A stretch of 64,000 bases of DNA. Origin: Paragordius varius (taxonomy: Eukaryota; Animalia; Nematomorpha). The position numbers and the translations under genes were made by a program. The notes beneath the pieces were generated by a model. That model saw only the letters and a list, made by a program, of their open reading frames with translations. It did no database searches and was not told where the DNA came from. The DNA lies in assembly GCA_964247055.1 (NCBI GenBank), contig OZ176054.1, forward strand, positions 1,612,001 through 1,676,000, in the 5' to 3' direction. The number at the start of each line of letters is the position of its first letter. Positions within the stretch are counted from its first letter, which is position 1. Positions 52,301 to 64,000 of the stretch are shown here, one piece after another.

Positions 52301-55300
52301 CGTAAAGAAAAAGAATGCGCAAATATTTCATACATATGTACACTCTTTACTGTAAATGCTATCCGACATTAATTAGTGCGAAAAATTAGCATTGTATTTT
52401 TAATTACAATGCTGTAAAAAATATATTTTGATATACCTGTACATGATGAAATTCATTTGGTGGAGATTTGCATGTTTTGCATTTGTAGAAGTGATATATA
52501 AAATAGAAGGTTTAGGAATCATTCGTAATTCCCTAAGCATGGTTGTTGTTTGTATGGGAAAACTACTATTAGTTTCATTATTGTATATGATTTTAGTTTC
52601 TACCTGATCCTTAATTAAACTATGGACAGTGCTTGTTCTTCCTACTGTTTGCGTGTCAAGTCCCGTTAAATCAAATACTGATCGAGAATTTTTCATTTTA
52701 ATTGAAGCATTTTGATAAAAACTAATATTCTTGTATGCGGTTAACCTACTTGTCCATTGTGTTTTATTTAGATTGAATTTAAAACCGTTGGTAGTATTAT
52801 CATTAGCAAAGGTTTGATAAAATTTGTTGGCATTTTTTAAGAGTGTTTTTGGACCAGGATCGTAGGGTATGATGGTGTAACTCAGGTAATAGGGTAAACA
52901 ACACAAACTCACACAAACGTATATAGTGACTAAGCAAAGTGCAGTTGTACGATTGTCAAAATAACGTTTTCGGAGTGTCGGTTGAGACAAGGACAAACAT
53001 CGAAAGGCGGCCAGAAACACGGTTACCCAAGTTGAAATGGTGTGAGCCAACATGGTTAGATTGAAATGAAAGAGGATGAAATAGGCCCAAGCATGGGAAT
53101 GTAGGTTTCCCTTGACCATGGGTATGTACATGTAGGAAGCAAAAATTAAATAACTCATCATAACAAGTATGTCGGCAACCGCAATACCTAAATATCAATG
53201 ATATAATTGATTTAATTGTGTAATTATATGATCAAATTCTACATATATAATAAATTATATAGTTATTATTTATCTGGAACAGGGCTTCCTTAACTATGGG
53301 TCGCGACCCCATTTGGGGTCGCCTAGCAAAATTATGGAAAATGTTTTTTAACTTGTAAAATTATTGTTATAAAGAAAAATAACAATAATCGTAGATAAAT
53401 ATATTCTGAAAAAGTATTTATATTAGATCCGATCATTATAATCTATATATTTATAAAAATGGAAAATGCTGGCTTTGTGATCTGTTTCCGGAAAACCGGT
53501 AGACCCATTCAAATCCCAAATGTCAAATAAATATTATCATTAATGAATGCCCCGACAATAGCCCTTTTTTTGAATTAGGCTCCCAGTTCGGGCCCACCCC
53601 GTGTAAAAACGGTTTTTTTTGAAAACAGAAGTCCAGAAAAATCTTGTCTTTGAGACAATTTTACGGTAAACGTGTTGTACCTTTCGATTTTAAATGTGAT
53701 TATTTTACTTTTTTTCGATTACGCCGAACCTAGTCGGCTCTTTTTTAATTTAGGCTCTCTCTTTACCCGTTTCCCCGTAAAATCTCATTTTTTTAAAAAA
53801 AAACTAAATAATTTTTTCCCCAGGGTATGAGACCGTTAAAATTCACTGAGGATTCGAGTTATTTTCTGTTAAAAGGCAAAATTTTAGTCTAGCGTTTTTT
53901 TAATAATGGTCGTTAGGTAAATAGATAGCCGCTAAAACTGCGCCACTATATAAAAATTGCGTTGTTTTGGAGCCAATTTACAGAAATTTATGAAGCCATA
54001 TGAGCTTATTAAAAGCTCGAAATATTACCCGTAACTAGGTAAAAATTAAGGTCGGTTTTTTATTAGCCGTTATACCATTTTTCATGCAAAAACATCATTT
54101 TTTCAAGCAAACGCACCATTTTTTCAAGCAAAGGCAACAATTTTTCAAGCAAAGGCAACAATTTTTCAAGCAAATGCAACATTTTTTCAAGCAAAGACAA
54201 CATTTTTTCAAGCAAACGCAACATTTTTTCAACCAAACGCAACATTTTTTCAACCAAATACAACATTTTTTCATCCAAACGCAACATTTTTTCAACCAAA
54301 GACAACATTTTTTCAAGCAAAAACAACACTTTTTTTAATATTACAAAGAATTATTATTTATTGTTAATTATAAATTATTTATTAAATTTTAAGTAAATGT
54401 AATTTATTTTTAGCGTTGAATTATGATTTTTATCGTTTTATCATCAATATTGGATGGTAAAATTGATTTTCAAACATTTTGAATTTGCCCATAAATTGCC
54501 TTATTTATTTATATTAATTATATTTATCTTTTACAATTTTGGTTTCGCCTAATCAAATTATTTATTTTGCACTTCAACAGTGTCCTTGAACACTTCAAGT
54601 TGGTCCTTGAACATTTCCAGTTGGTCCTTGAACTCTTTAAATGGTCCTTAAAATATATAATTTTTGTTTTACCCTAATTTTTGCAAATGAAAATTTTTTA
54701 ATAACCCAGAAAACTCATATATTTTTTTCGTGTTATAAATATCTAAAATTATTTTAAGAAATTAATATACGGTTTGTCAAAGATTAAAAGATGATATCGA
54801 TTTAAAATTAATGTTAAATAATAGAAAATAGGTTAAAAACAATAAATTAGATAAATTATTTTCGATTTAATTAATAAAAGTTAAAAACAAAAAAGTCAAA
54901 GGACCAACTTGAAGTGAAGGACAACTTTAAACTTTTAAAGACACTGTTGAAGTGCAAATTAAATAATTTGATTAGGCGAAACCAAAATTGTAAAAGAAAA
55001 ATATAATTAATATAAATAAATAAGGCAATTTATGGGCAAATTCAAAATGTTTGAAAATCAATTTTACCATCAAATATTGATGATAAAACGATAAAAATCA
55101 TAATTCAACGCTAAAAATAAATTACATTTACTTAAAATTTAATAAATAATTTATAGTTAACAATAAATAATAATTCTTTGTAATATTAAAAAAAGTGTTG
55201 TTTTTACTTGAAAAAATGTTGTCTTTGGTTGAAAAAATGTTGCGTTTGGATGAAAAAATGTTGTATTTGGTTGAAAAAATGTTGCGTTTGCTTGAAAAAA

Positions 55301-57841
55301 TGTTGCGTTTGCTTGAAAAAATGTTGTCTTTGCTTGAAAAAATGTTGCATTTGCTTGAAAAATTGTTGCCTTTGCTTGAAAAAATGTTGCGTTTGCTTGA
55401 AAAAATGGTGCGTTTGCTTGAAAAAATGATGTTTTTGCATGAAAAATGGTATAATTTGGGGCCTTTATGCCATAAAACGCCATCATATACCGATTATTTA
55501 GTGTTGAGGAATTTTTTCGAATAAGACGATGGTATCAAAGATGATTCCAAATATTTGCCCTATAAAGGCAAAGAATTTAACTCAGCGCTTTTTCCATATA
55601 GGTCTATGGGTATGGGTCTACCAGCTTAAAACGGAGACGCCATACAAAATAGGCGTAATTTTGAAGCTAATTCTCAAAAAACCTATGAAGGAATACGAGT
55701 TCAGTTAAACACATTTCTGAGGAATTCGTAAATATCATTCTTTCCTTTCCACAAATGATTTACTTTTTATATCCCTTGATCCCAGCTGTATGAACGAAAT
55801 TTCAAATTAAAACTTTTAACCATGATTTCGTAAAACGAAAATTTTAAAATAAATCCAAATAGTTGAATATTACCTTCAATAAGGGACATATTAAATATGG
55901 TCATTTCGAGTGAACAATATTTTAGCCTTTGCAAAAATCCGTAAAAGAATAATTTAAGACATTCTTTTTAATGTTTATTATTATTTTTATCTCCAACAAC
56001 TCTATTTATTGCAAATTACTAGGAATATTTATCGGTGAAACTACGCCATATCGAGTGTGACAGGGCCTGCTGTATCTTGTATAATAATTTACTATGAATC
56101 AGAAAATGTTATAGAAATTTATAAAAAATGGAGATTTATTTTTGTCAATCTCTCAAAACCGAAATAATCCTGATAAATATTATCAACAAAATTTCTGTTA
56201 TTTCGAAGAAACTATTATTTTTCTTTTATATTTGTTGGGGTCGTTAAGAAATTCGCAATCATAAATGGGGTAACAAAAGTTTAAGAAGCCCTGATCTGGT
56301 AAATCTAAAAAGGCCAGTTATTGACAATATAAGAGCTTAACGTCTCCGAACAATATAAATTTTTTGTCAATCATTCATGAACAAAGATTATTTTTAAAAA
56401 CATAATTTGTTTAAAGACGAGAATATCTTAGTAGCAAAATTCTAGGTATTGGACAATAAATATAAATTATTATATATTATTTATGCTTAATATTAATTTA
56501 TGTAGCGTGCATCTCACAAGATTATTTGACAAAATATTATCAAAAATTGGTCCTTTTAGACATTTTGATAAGAATGTGAATAACTGTTTCTTTTACAAAA
56601 TTTGAGAGTAAATGTTAATAACCTTTGTTTTTTGTAACACAATAATAACTAATGAATTTTAGGGAAGAGACACAATTGCATTTATAATATTGATAATATG
56701 ACAGAAATATATATCCTCAATTAGTGGTATAAGGCAGCTATAACATATTTAATTTAATTCAATTATTATCGCTCAGTTAAAAATCTTGTATGCTGTTGGG
56801 ATCTTATTGGTTCTCAGGATATATATCATAAAATGGCACATTTTTTGAGCTATAATTTATACTTTATATAAATTCTGCAACTTCTAGGATTGTAAATAAA
56901 TATTTTAACATAACAATATCATTTATTAGTATTTTTTTAACAAATTGATTTTTTTATTCTTATTCAGAAACTTTTCCAATTGATCAAAATATGATTGATA
57001 TTTTTATGGATTACTGCTAACTAGCATTTACTAACAATTTTTCATTATACCAAAAAAACATTTATATCAACTTATTGCGAATTTATAAAAATTGATTTTG
57101 ATAAAATAATAATTGTGATACTACGTAATTATCCTATATATAAATTGAAAAAAGTGATTTATCTATAACTTATATTTGTAATACTCTTAATACACTATCA
57201 AAACTAAAATATCAAACAATATCTCAATCAGGTCGCATGGGAATATGAATTGTTATAAATCTGATGACAAAGTTTTGTATTGGTGTTTTAAATGAATTAA
57301 AATTTAAAATTTTCTTATGTTGATATAAAACATTAGTGAAAACATCGATATTTCAAACTTTAATATAGTTTTTTTTAAAGATCATATATGAATGAGTGTA
57401 AAGCGTAAATTGAGTCTCAAAATTCTTACGATTTTTACATTTTTGGCTGAAATAAATCAAGACCAGTTAGCTAGACGAGAAGATACCGCTGTAATCGAAA
57501 AAAAACGGTCATAATATATTTTCATAAAAAATTGTGTCTAAACGCATGATTATGTGCTAAATAGACCTTGCGGGGGGGGACTCAGTTTTCTGATTCTAAC
57601 TAAATTTCGAAATTTGGCAATCCATTTTTTAAGAGTAAAAAAGAAAATTAAATTATTTGTCTTTCGTAAAATTATTTGTAGCCAAGAAGTTTCCAATTAA
57701 AAATGATGCACACTGTGTTAATTGCCAACAAAATAATGCAAATTGACCTAATGATCGATAAAATAACTGAAAAACTAACGAGTTGTAAAGAAAAGTGAAG
57801 AGGACAATGATTTTTTTGAATGAAGACAATACCAATCATTG

Positions 57842-57886
<45 letters not shown>

Positions 57887-58911
57887 GCGAAGATATCCGA
57901 CCCGAAGACGAAATATTAATTAATAAAAGCACCAATTATTGCACAAAAAATATTGCAACTGTGTTCCAGCTCTTTCTATTTTTACCTCAAACCTAATTGA
58001 TAATATGGAGCATAGCAATTAACCTAGCAGAATAGAAAAGGTGATAACTCTAAAAAACCTTGAATTCTCAGATGATTCGACTTCAAATCGAGAAAATGAC
58101 TTCATATTAGGTGTTTATAAAACGGTTATGATAATTGTTTGACAAAAAATCCATTTCAACAAGGAAAATTTTGCGAAATACGTACCGCGTAAGGAAATAG
58201 TTAATTAATTAACATAGTCCATACGTACGATTCAAAATGTAGGTTTTTATAAGCTTCATCACAACCTCAAATTATTGCCGAATATTATACCTGTTAATTT
58301 TTTTATACAAATTTAAATTTTATTTAATAGGTAGGAAAAAACCATTTTACTCTTGATAAAATAAAAAATTAAGCGTATATATATAATTGTAATATACCAA
58401 TCAGTATGATGTTTGTTGGGTTCAACATTTTACGGTTTGATAGAACTGCGACATTAAGCATATTGGTGACAAGTCCAAAGATACATATAAGTAAACTCAA
58501 ATAGCCATGTATGTTTCCATAGATATTATTGAATGCCCGTAATTTTTGGTAAACATTTTGATAACGAACAACAGGTTCCCTGGAAATAGGGTGAGGTTTT
58601 GCTTTATAAACTGAATTGACATCATATCTTTTGGAATTATTCGGTAGAAATCGATAGTGTTTTGATTCTTGCCCAAACGGTTGGTTATAGTAAAAATTTT
58701 TAGTGTTGTTAACCATATTTTTACTACTATTAGAAAAGTTGAATTTTTCACCATTATTTTTGGAGACGTTAAGGCTGAAGTTGTTATGAAACTTGGATAA
58801 ATTTTGACGTTGAGCCGTCTTTGAATAGGTTTGTAAGGTGGTTGCTATGACAACGGTAGAAAACAAAAGCCCATAAACAACTACCGTGAAAAGATATGAC
58901 AGATATTTCAT
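49336..58911 (-). CDS. MsR: Class A peptide GPCR, myosuppressin receptor (DmsR/dmsr)-like, 3 coding exons, ~989 aa
   Basis: Exons 58911-58398, 53187-52437 and 51040-49336, phase-compatible. Motifs: HGYLSLLICIFG..NMLNVAVL, NPTNIILIGIAVAD, HTISTWVTVFLAAFRC, YSVIGKLLPC, DKTSQLLLTVLLCFLVTEFP, MALINSSINFIVYCTMSEQFR. Confidence 0.92.
51716..52268. mobile_element. Degenerate piggyBac-like MITE in GPCR intron 2
   Basis: Inverted CGATTCAAATTGGGGTA.....TACCCCAG termini extending ~80 bp; flanked by TTAA on the left and CTAA on the right. Confidence 0.55.
53442..56072 (+). mobile_element. Helitron-like element, copy 3 (more diverged, fewer internal subunits)
   Basis: A|TCTATATATTTATAAAAATGG start; colinear with copies 1 and 2; degenerate end CAGGGCCTGCTG|T. 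Confidence 0.78.
54073..55451. mobile_element. Foldback-like element (1379 bp) with ~550-bp inverted arms, 21-bp tandem arrays and a TA TSD
   Basis: TA|TACCATTTTTCATGC ... GCATGAAAAATGGTA|TA; about 12 units of AACATTTTTTCAAGCAAACGC per arm. The empty site AGCCGTTAATTTGGGG is visible in Helitron copies 1 and 2. Confidence 0.92.
57847..57883. repeat. (TA)n microsatellite
   Basis: AT dinucleotide run. Confidence 0.95.
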
Positions 58912-59076
58912 TTCAACTATATTATTGTTGTTCTCTCCTGTTTGTGAATAGTTTTTTGACAAAGTAACTTGTAGTTACGATATTTGGCAAAAAATAATTA
59001 TTACTTCATAAACATGGTTGATGATTTGTTCAGTTATTTTCATCATAATCCGAGATTACATTGTTAAAAATATACG

Positions 59077-59156
59077 CTGCAAAAAAGCGGGGGAAGGAAT
59101 TAAGGTAAAACTTCTCTCAAATCTGTTTTAAATTAATCATTATAGAAGAATCTTAC
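59077..59156 (-). other. Candidate 80-nt 5'UTR intron of the GPCR gene
   Basis: Strong donor GAAG|GTAAGA at 59156 and acceptor TTTTTGCAG| at 59077, about 165 nt upstream of the ATG at 58911. Confidence 0.4.
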
Positions 59157-60666
59157 CTTCATTTTGAGAGTGATGTGTTGAAATTAAAAGTAAAAAAATG
59201 AAAACAATGTTCTGGTTTAACTTTTAGTCAGCTATATTCACATGTTTTTATACTTTAATTTAGATACTTTGGGATGAACTTATTTGTTTGATATCAATCA
59301 TTAATTATTAAACACATTATTTATTTATCATCAATTGTGCTGCCAACACAATGTTTTTCCTCATTAATTATTTATTGTAGGGCATTTGGCATGATGGAAT
59401 CAAGCATAATAATTAGCAAAATAAAATTTGAGAATTGATAAGGTAGAATAGATAGAGATATAACTTAATCATAACAACTATATATTTTGTGTACTATTTC
59501 GAAACTATGGATAGTGTTTGGTAAATAGGTAAAAAAATTTTGTTTTGCAAATAATTTTTAATTTCAAAATCTGAATTGCAATCCAAACATTCTCAAGTTT
59601 TTTTCATAACTACAAAATAACATATAATATAAAATTAAATTAATCATAATAATAATTTTGAAATTATATATGTTATCTATAAATCAAATATTTGACCGCT
59701 CAAATTTACCCGTCAAAAAAATTTTCTAACATCAATTAGTAGCCAAACAATATATATAAAACTAAGATTTGGGGAATTTTTATTTTAATTTTACATAAAC
59801 AGGAGAATTTAAAATATGGAACATAAGAAAAATATAGAAAAATTAAAAAATTTAAAATTGTTGTTAATGGTTGTCAAAATTTAATATCAGCAGTTTAATA
59901 AAAAAAGTTTTAGTATCCCTCAATAAAATAATAATTGTTGAGGTTTGCAGGCTTTTCGACTTCAAAATCAAATTCAAAAATATTTTAATTAAAAACTGTA
60001 AAATTCCCCATCATTTTTTTTCATTTTATGAAAGAAACCATTTATTATTCAATTGCAACCATACATATATGAGTGTTACACAGCTTTTCTTATATTTAAT
60101 TAAGACTAATTAAATTGAGATGTTATATATATATTACTTTAAATTAAATAATTTTTTTGACCTAAGCTAAATTTATTCTTTTAATGACAAATTATAGACA
60201 AAATCTTTTATGGTAGTAAAAGTTACTTAGATTTTGTACAAGGAGAGAACGTTTTAAAATTTTTGGTTCGTCTAAATTTTAATTTAATTTTCTTTGAATT
60301 AGGTAGGGACCAATGAAACATATTACCAAATTAAGGCAAAAAGGGGAATTGTTTGCTGCTTTTCTAAGTAAGTAAAAAAATCAAAAATTAATATTTTTTT
60401 ATTAAAAATAAATGAAAAAAAAAACGACACAAAAAACTTTTTACATCATCCAATTAGATTTGGTAGCAAGGCATAAACTTTGACTTTGTTCGTAATTTAA
60501 TAAAACAGCCAAAAAATTATTATTATAGGTTAAAAAGAAGGAAAATTCTAAAACGACATTTAAACACTATAAACAAAACGTTATTTAAATATGGCCACCC
60601 TTAACTTCAAGCAGACCTTAAAAACTTATTATGAGTGTATTTTATATTCAAAAGTCCTCCATCTCT

Positions 60667-60890
60667 GGTAAATTTTTATCAAGTCGAGTGAGGATTAATT
60701 TAGCCTAATGTATTTGAGTTACTCCATCATATATAATTTTTAGATCGTTTTTAAATTTACACACAGACGACGGTAAATTTTTATCAATTAAATCGAGTGA
60801 GGATTAATTTAGCCTAATGTATTTGAGTTATTCACATCATATATAAATTTTAGTTCGTTTTTGAATTTTAGAAAACATTAAAGACGACGT
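60667..60890. repeat. Two-copy ~105-bp tandem duplication
   Basis: GGTAAATTTTTATCAA...TCGAGTGAGGATTAATTTAGCCTAATGTATTTGAGTTA starts at 60667 and again at 60772. Confidence 0.9.
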
Positions 60891-61827
60891 CCCAAACATT
60901 TTTGTATTATTCAAAAAAGTATACCTACCTGTTTAGAATTATCAGGATTTAAAAATATGAAGATTATTTAAATACATTCAAAAAAAGATTGGTATATACG
61001 CGTTCATTAAAATCAATTATAGGATATGTGATTTAGCAAATTTGAATATAATTTATTTTATGAAAAAAATAATTAAAAGATTTTAGGTATCTAGCTAGCT
61101 CTCCAAAATAGAGATAGGAAGCCGTACCGTAAAATTTTCAGGATTTAATTACTTTTTTTGGTTCATCCTAAAATTAATGCCATATATTTATTTATAAGGC
61201 AAAAATATTTTGCGCCGTTTTTTTTGGTTTATAAAATAATATATATAATCTAACCATATATATATATATAATTAGGGATATATTAAAGCTTAATATATCC
61301 TGTATAAAATAAACCATATTTTTACCATAGATACACCTAACCATATAATATATTCAGGCGCGCACACAAAAACACACAAAATTAATTAAATATTAATGAA
61401 ATGATGATATATAATCCCCTCCCCTTACTCCCTACACTGCGCTTTGCCTTTATGGTGTCTCATCTCTATATCATAAATATATTTTGTACTCTAATTTATT
61501 ATATAAGTAAATAAATTTGACTAAAAAGGTAAAAGACATACATAGTATGTGGGTAAATGATCAATTCAAAAAAGTTTCACCCCAATTTTCATGCCAAAAA
61601 ATATGTACATATCTTTGAAAAGGCATAATTCAAAGTGTGCTAAAGAGTTTGATAGGGAAAGAAGGCGTTTTAGGGCTAATTAGATGTCTCTTATATCATA
61701 ACAGGAGTAGAGATAGTTAATTTACTTAGTTGCAGATTTGATATATTAGTATATCCTAGGTAGCAAGAGAGACCATAGGAACCCAAATTTTGTTTAGAGT
61801 GTTTATCATGCGGGTACATAGTTCAAG

Positions 61828-61830
<3 letters not shown>

Positions 61831-61868
<38 letters not shown>
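61831..61868. repeat. (TA)n microsatellite
   Basis: AT dinucleotide run. Confidence 0.95.
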
Positions 61869-61871
<3 letters not shown>

Positions 61872-64000
61872 AGTTTTGGATTTAATCACGAAAAAAAATT
61901 TATTTTTATTTTTAATTTTTTATAATTTAGAATAATGGAACCCACCTCTAAAATAATTAGGCCCTAAAATAAGAGGTGTTTTAACAAAAATGAATTAAAT
62001 GTACCTGGGTTTTGAGCCTATTACAATAATAAAATGCCTTAATTTTTGTTTACATTATTTGATTTTTTGGACGATCTCAATAATTTTCAAGAAACAATGA
62101 TTGAATAGAGAAAAATGTGTAATGATGCAAATAAGCTCAAAATTGTAACAAATTATTAAAGTTGGAGTTTTGCACACCTCAAGATTATTTTTTTCTTTTT
62201 TTTGAAAGTTTAAAATCTATTTTCATTGGAGAATTACACATTACAAAGTAATGCTTGATTTAGATTAACGATTAAATTACAATTTTTGATATCTAATCAG
62301 ACGATGGGTAAATAAAAAATTATATAAAGTAATTATATTGTTGCCAAAATGGTAAATAATAAACTTTTTTCCGCCTAATCACTTATCAGAAGTTTGGCGA
62401 ACAAACAATTGAGTTATACATTTCAAATTAATTTTTGTATACAGTAATTAGCTAGCAAGTATAGATTTATAAATAATTCAGGAGAATTGGATTTATATTA
62501 CAATGTTTACTAAATCGTTGAAAAAAGAAGAACGCTAAAAATCAAACAAGATAATTTGGTCGTAATGTTTGAGAGTGTTTGTAGGAAGAAAATAATTTCT
62601 ACCAAAGCAAAATTACAGGAATTTTATTTAGACAATGAGTCACGTAATTGGTTCTTAAAATTGTCCAGCTACTAAGATTGTAACGATAAAAAAAATAAGG
62701 CAATATTTTAAAAATATAATCAAAGTAGCCCAGAAATCCTAGAACATATATATCACAGTACACCAAACTGGAGACACAAATATTAAGCTTGATCTAACAT
62801 AATATATGATGTTAGAAAAATCTACCACTTTTGGATATACAAATAGATAAAATCGAAAAGTTCCAAATTTAGCGCATATTATGCGAAATTATTTTTTTAT
62901 TTTTATATTCTCGTTACATCTGCCTATTTAATCTACAGGACTGAGTGAGATTGTGTGATGTTTAAATGAATGTATGATAAATAATTAACTTCGAACTGCT
63001 TTGTTTTTAGATTTAACATAATATTTTGAAATATCCTACTACCGGTATTAAAATACCATAAAATGTATAATATTTAATGAATAGAAACGAATTTAGCATT
63101 AATAATTATATATTTTTTACTAATACATGCTCAAGAAAGAGCAAATTCATTATAAAAATAATTGATTTTAATATTAAAACATTAGCGATCAATTCTTTTT
63201 TGGGTTTGTTTAAAGAAAACTAGTCCATTTTAGCTGATTTAATCAGCTATTTAAATAATAAATATTGATTGGATTAACCCGATTTTAAACCAATACCTAT
63301 AAAAATGATAATTTATATATTACGTTTCAATATTTTATACATCTTAAAAGATACAAAAATATATTTTTCTTATAATTCCAAAAAATAAAATATATATTAA
63401 TAATATTTATAATAACACAACTTTTATAAGAGTTTCGTAAATTAAATGTCAATCTAAATTTATGTGGATAAATTGGATCCTCCATAATTCAAATAAAAAA
63501 TAACCAAAGAAAATATTTTATCGTGAACAATCTAATATTCAAACTCCCAAAAAACTATTAAATTCGATTGTCTACTGGGAAATCAATGTAGTAATTTTAC
63601 AATTACTTTATATAAATCAATTTTTAAATATATATATATATATATATATATATAATTGCTTTTATATCTATCGGAAATATAAAACGTTATCATTAAATAT
63701 CTAATTTAAAATATAAAAAAATTAACAAGATATCCAAGATGCAGTCCCTGAGCAACTCACTTTGGCGGGCAAAATTCAAAAAATATATTTTTAAAATGAT
63801 CTTTGACTGTTCATTTTATTTTATTTTGATGTATATATATATATAACCTAACTTTAATAAATATTTAAAATATTTTATATACCAGTGAAAAACGATTGAT
63901 CGCGAGTATGAGAGTTATGTGAATAAATTGCTTTAATATTATAAGCATAACAGTTATTTTAAACAAAAGCATGAAAGATATCATCATATAAAAAACTTTT

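Larger units (their letters stand above)
53280..56293. mobile_element. hAT-type MITE (~380 bp native) interrupted by nested insertions
   Basis: TIR CAGGGCTTCCTAAACT / AGTTTAAGAAGCCCTG (15/16 match); 8-bp TSD ATCTGGAA / ATCTGGTA; GGGGTCG subterminal motifs. Confidence 0.88.

Noticed and set aside
54073-54335. Short regular repeats as a possible CRISPR array
   Set aside because: The units are contiguous with no unique spacers, there are no cas genes, and the context is a eukaryotic intron.
54063-55524. Repetitive ORFs (LEKMLRL..., FFKQTQH..., KKCCVCL...) resembling coiled-coil or Cys-rich proteins
   Set aside because: They are multi-frame readings of the 21-bp arrays in the two inverted arms of a TA-flanked foldback element.
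61276-61300. Hairpin GGATATATTA-AAGCT-TAATATATCC
   Set aside because: Short and AT-rich, so expected by chance in this composition.

Overview
Very AT-rich eukaryotic (invertebrate, protostome-like) genomic DNA; no prokaryotic features, RNA genes or CRISPR arrays were recognised. Hand-spliced genes: (1) a 12-exon PAK/STE20-like kinase (minus, 20529-25256) with an unusual poly-Cys/polybasic N-terminus, no CRIB motif and one in-frame TAG; (2) an RWDD2-like gene (minus, 32557-35699) with several frame problems; (3) a GPI-anchored Ly6/quiver-like three-finger protein (plus, 35769-38663); (4) an intronless neurogenin-type bHLH whose HLH loop is about 171 aa long (43347-44438); (5) a 3-exon myosuppressin-receptor-like GPCR of about 989 aa with giant loops (minus, 49336-58911). 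The left 31 kb is a birth-and-death cluster of the kinase family. It has a segmental duplication offset by 25148 bp that carries exon 1 of another copy at the window edge, and a 7.8-13.0 kb tangle of head-to-head, tandemly amplified, mosaic paralog fragments. Transposons include RTE LINE relics, a Helitron family built from ~153-bp subunits, a CACTA-type insertion with its empty site visible in the duplicate, a TA-flanked TACCATTT foldback family with 21-bp arrays, and a hAT > Helitron > foldback triple nest in the GPCR intron. The most notable oddities are the split bHLH domain, the kinase family architecture and array, and two candidate 23-24 nt introns. All coordinates, alignments and counts were done by hand.
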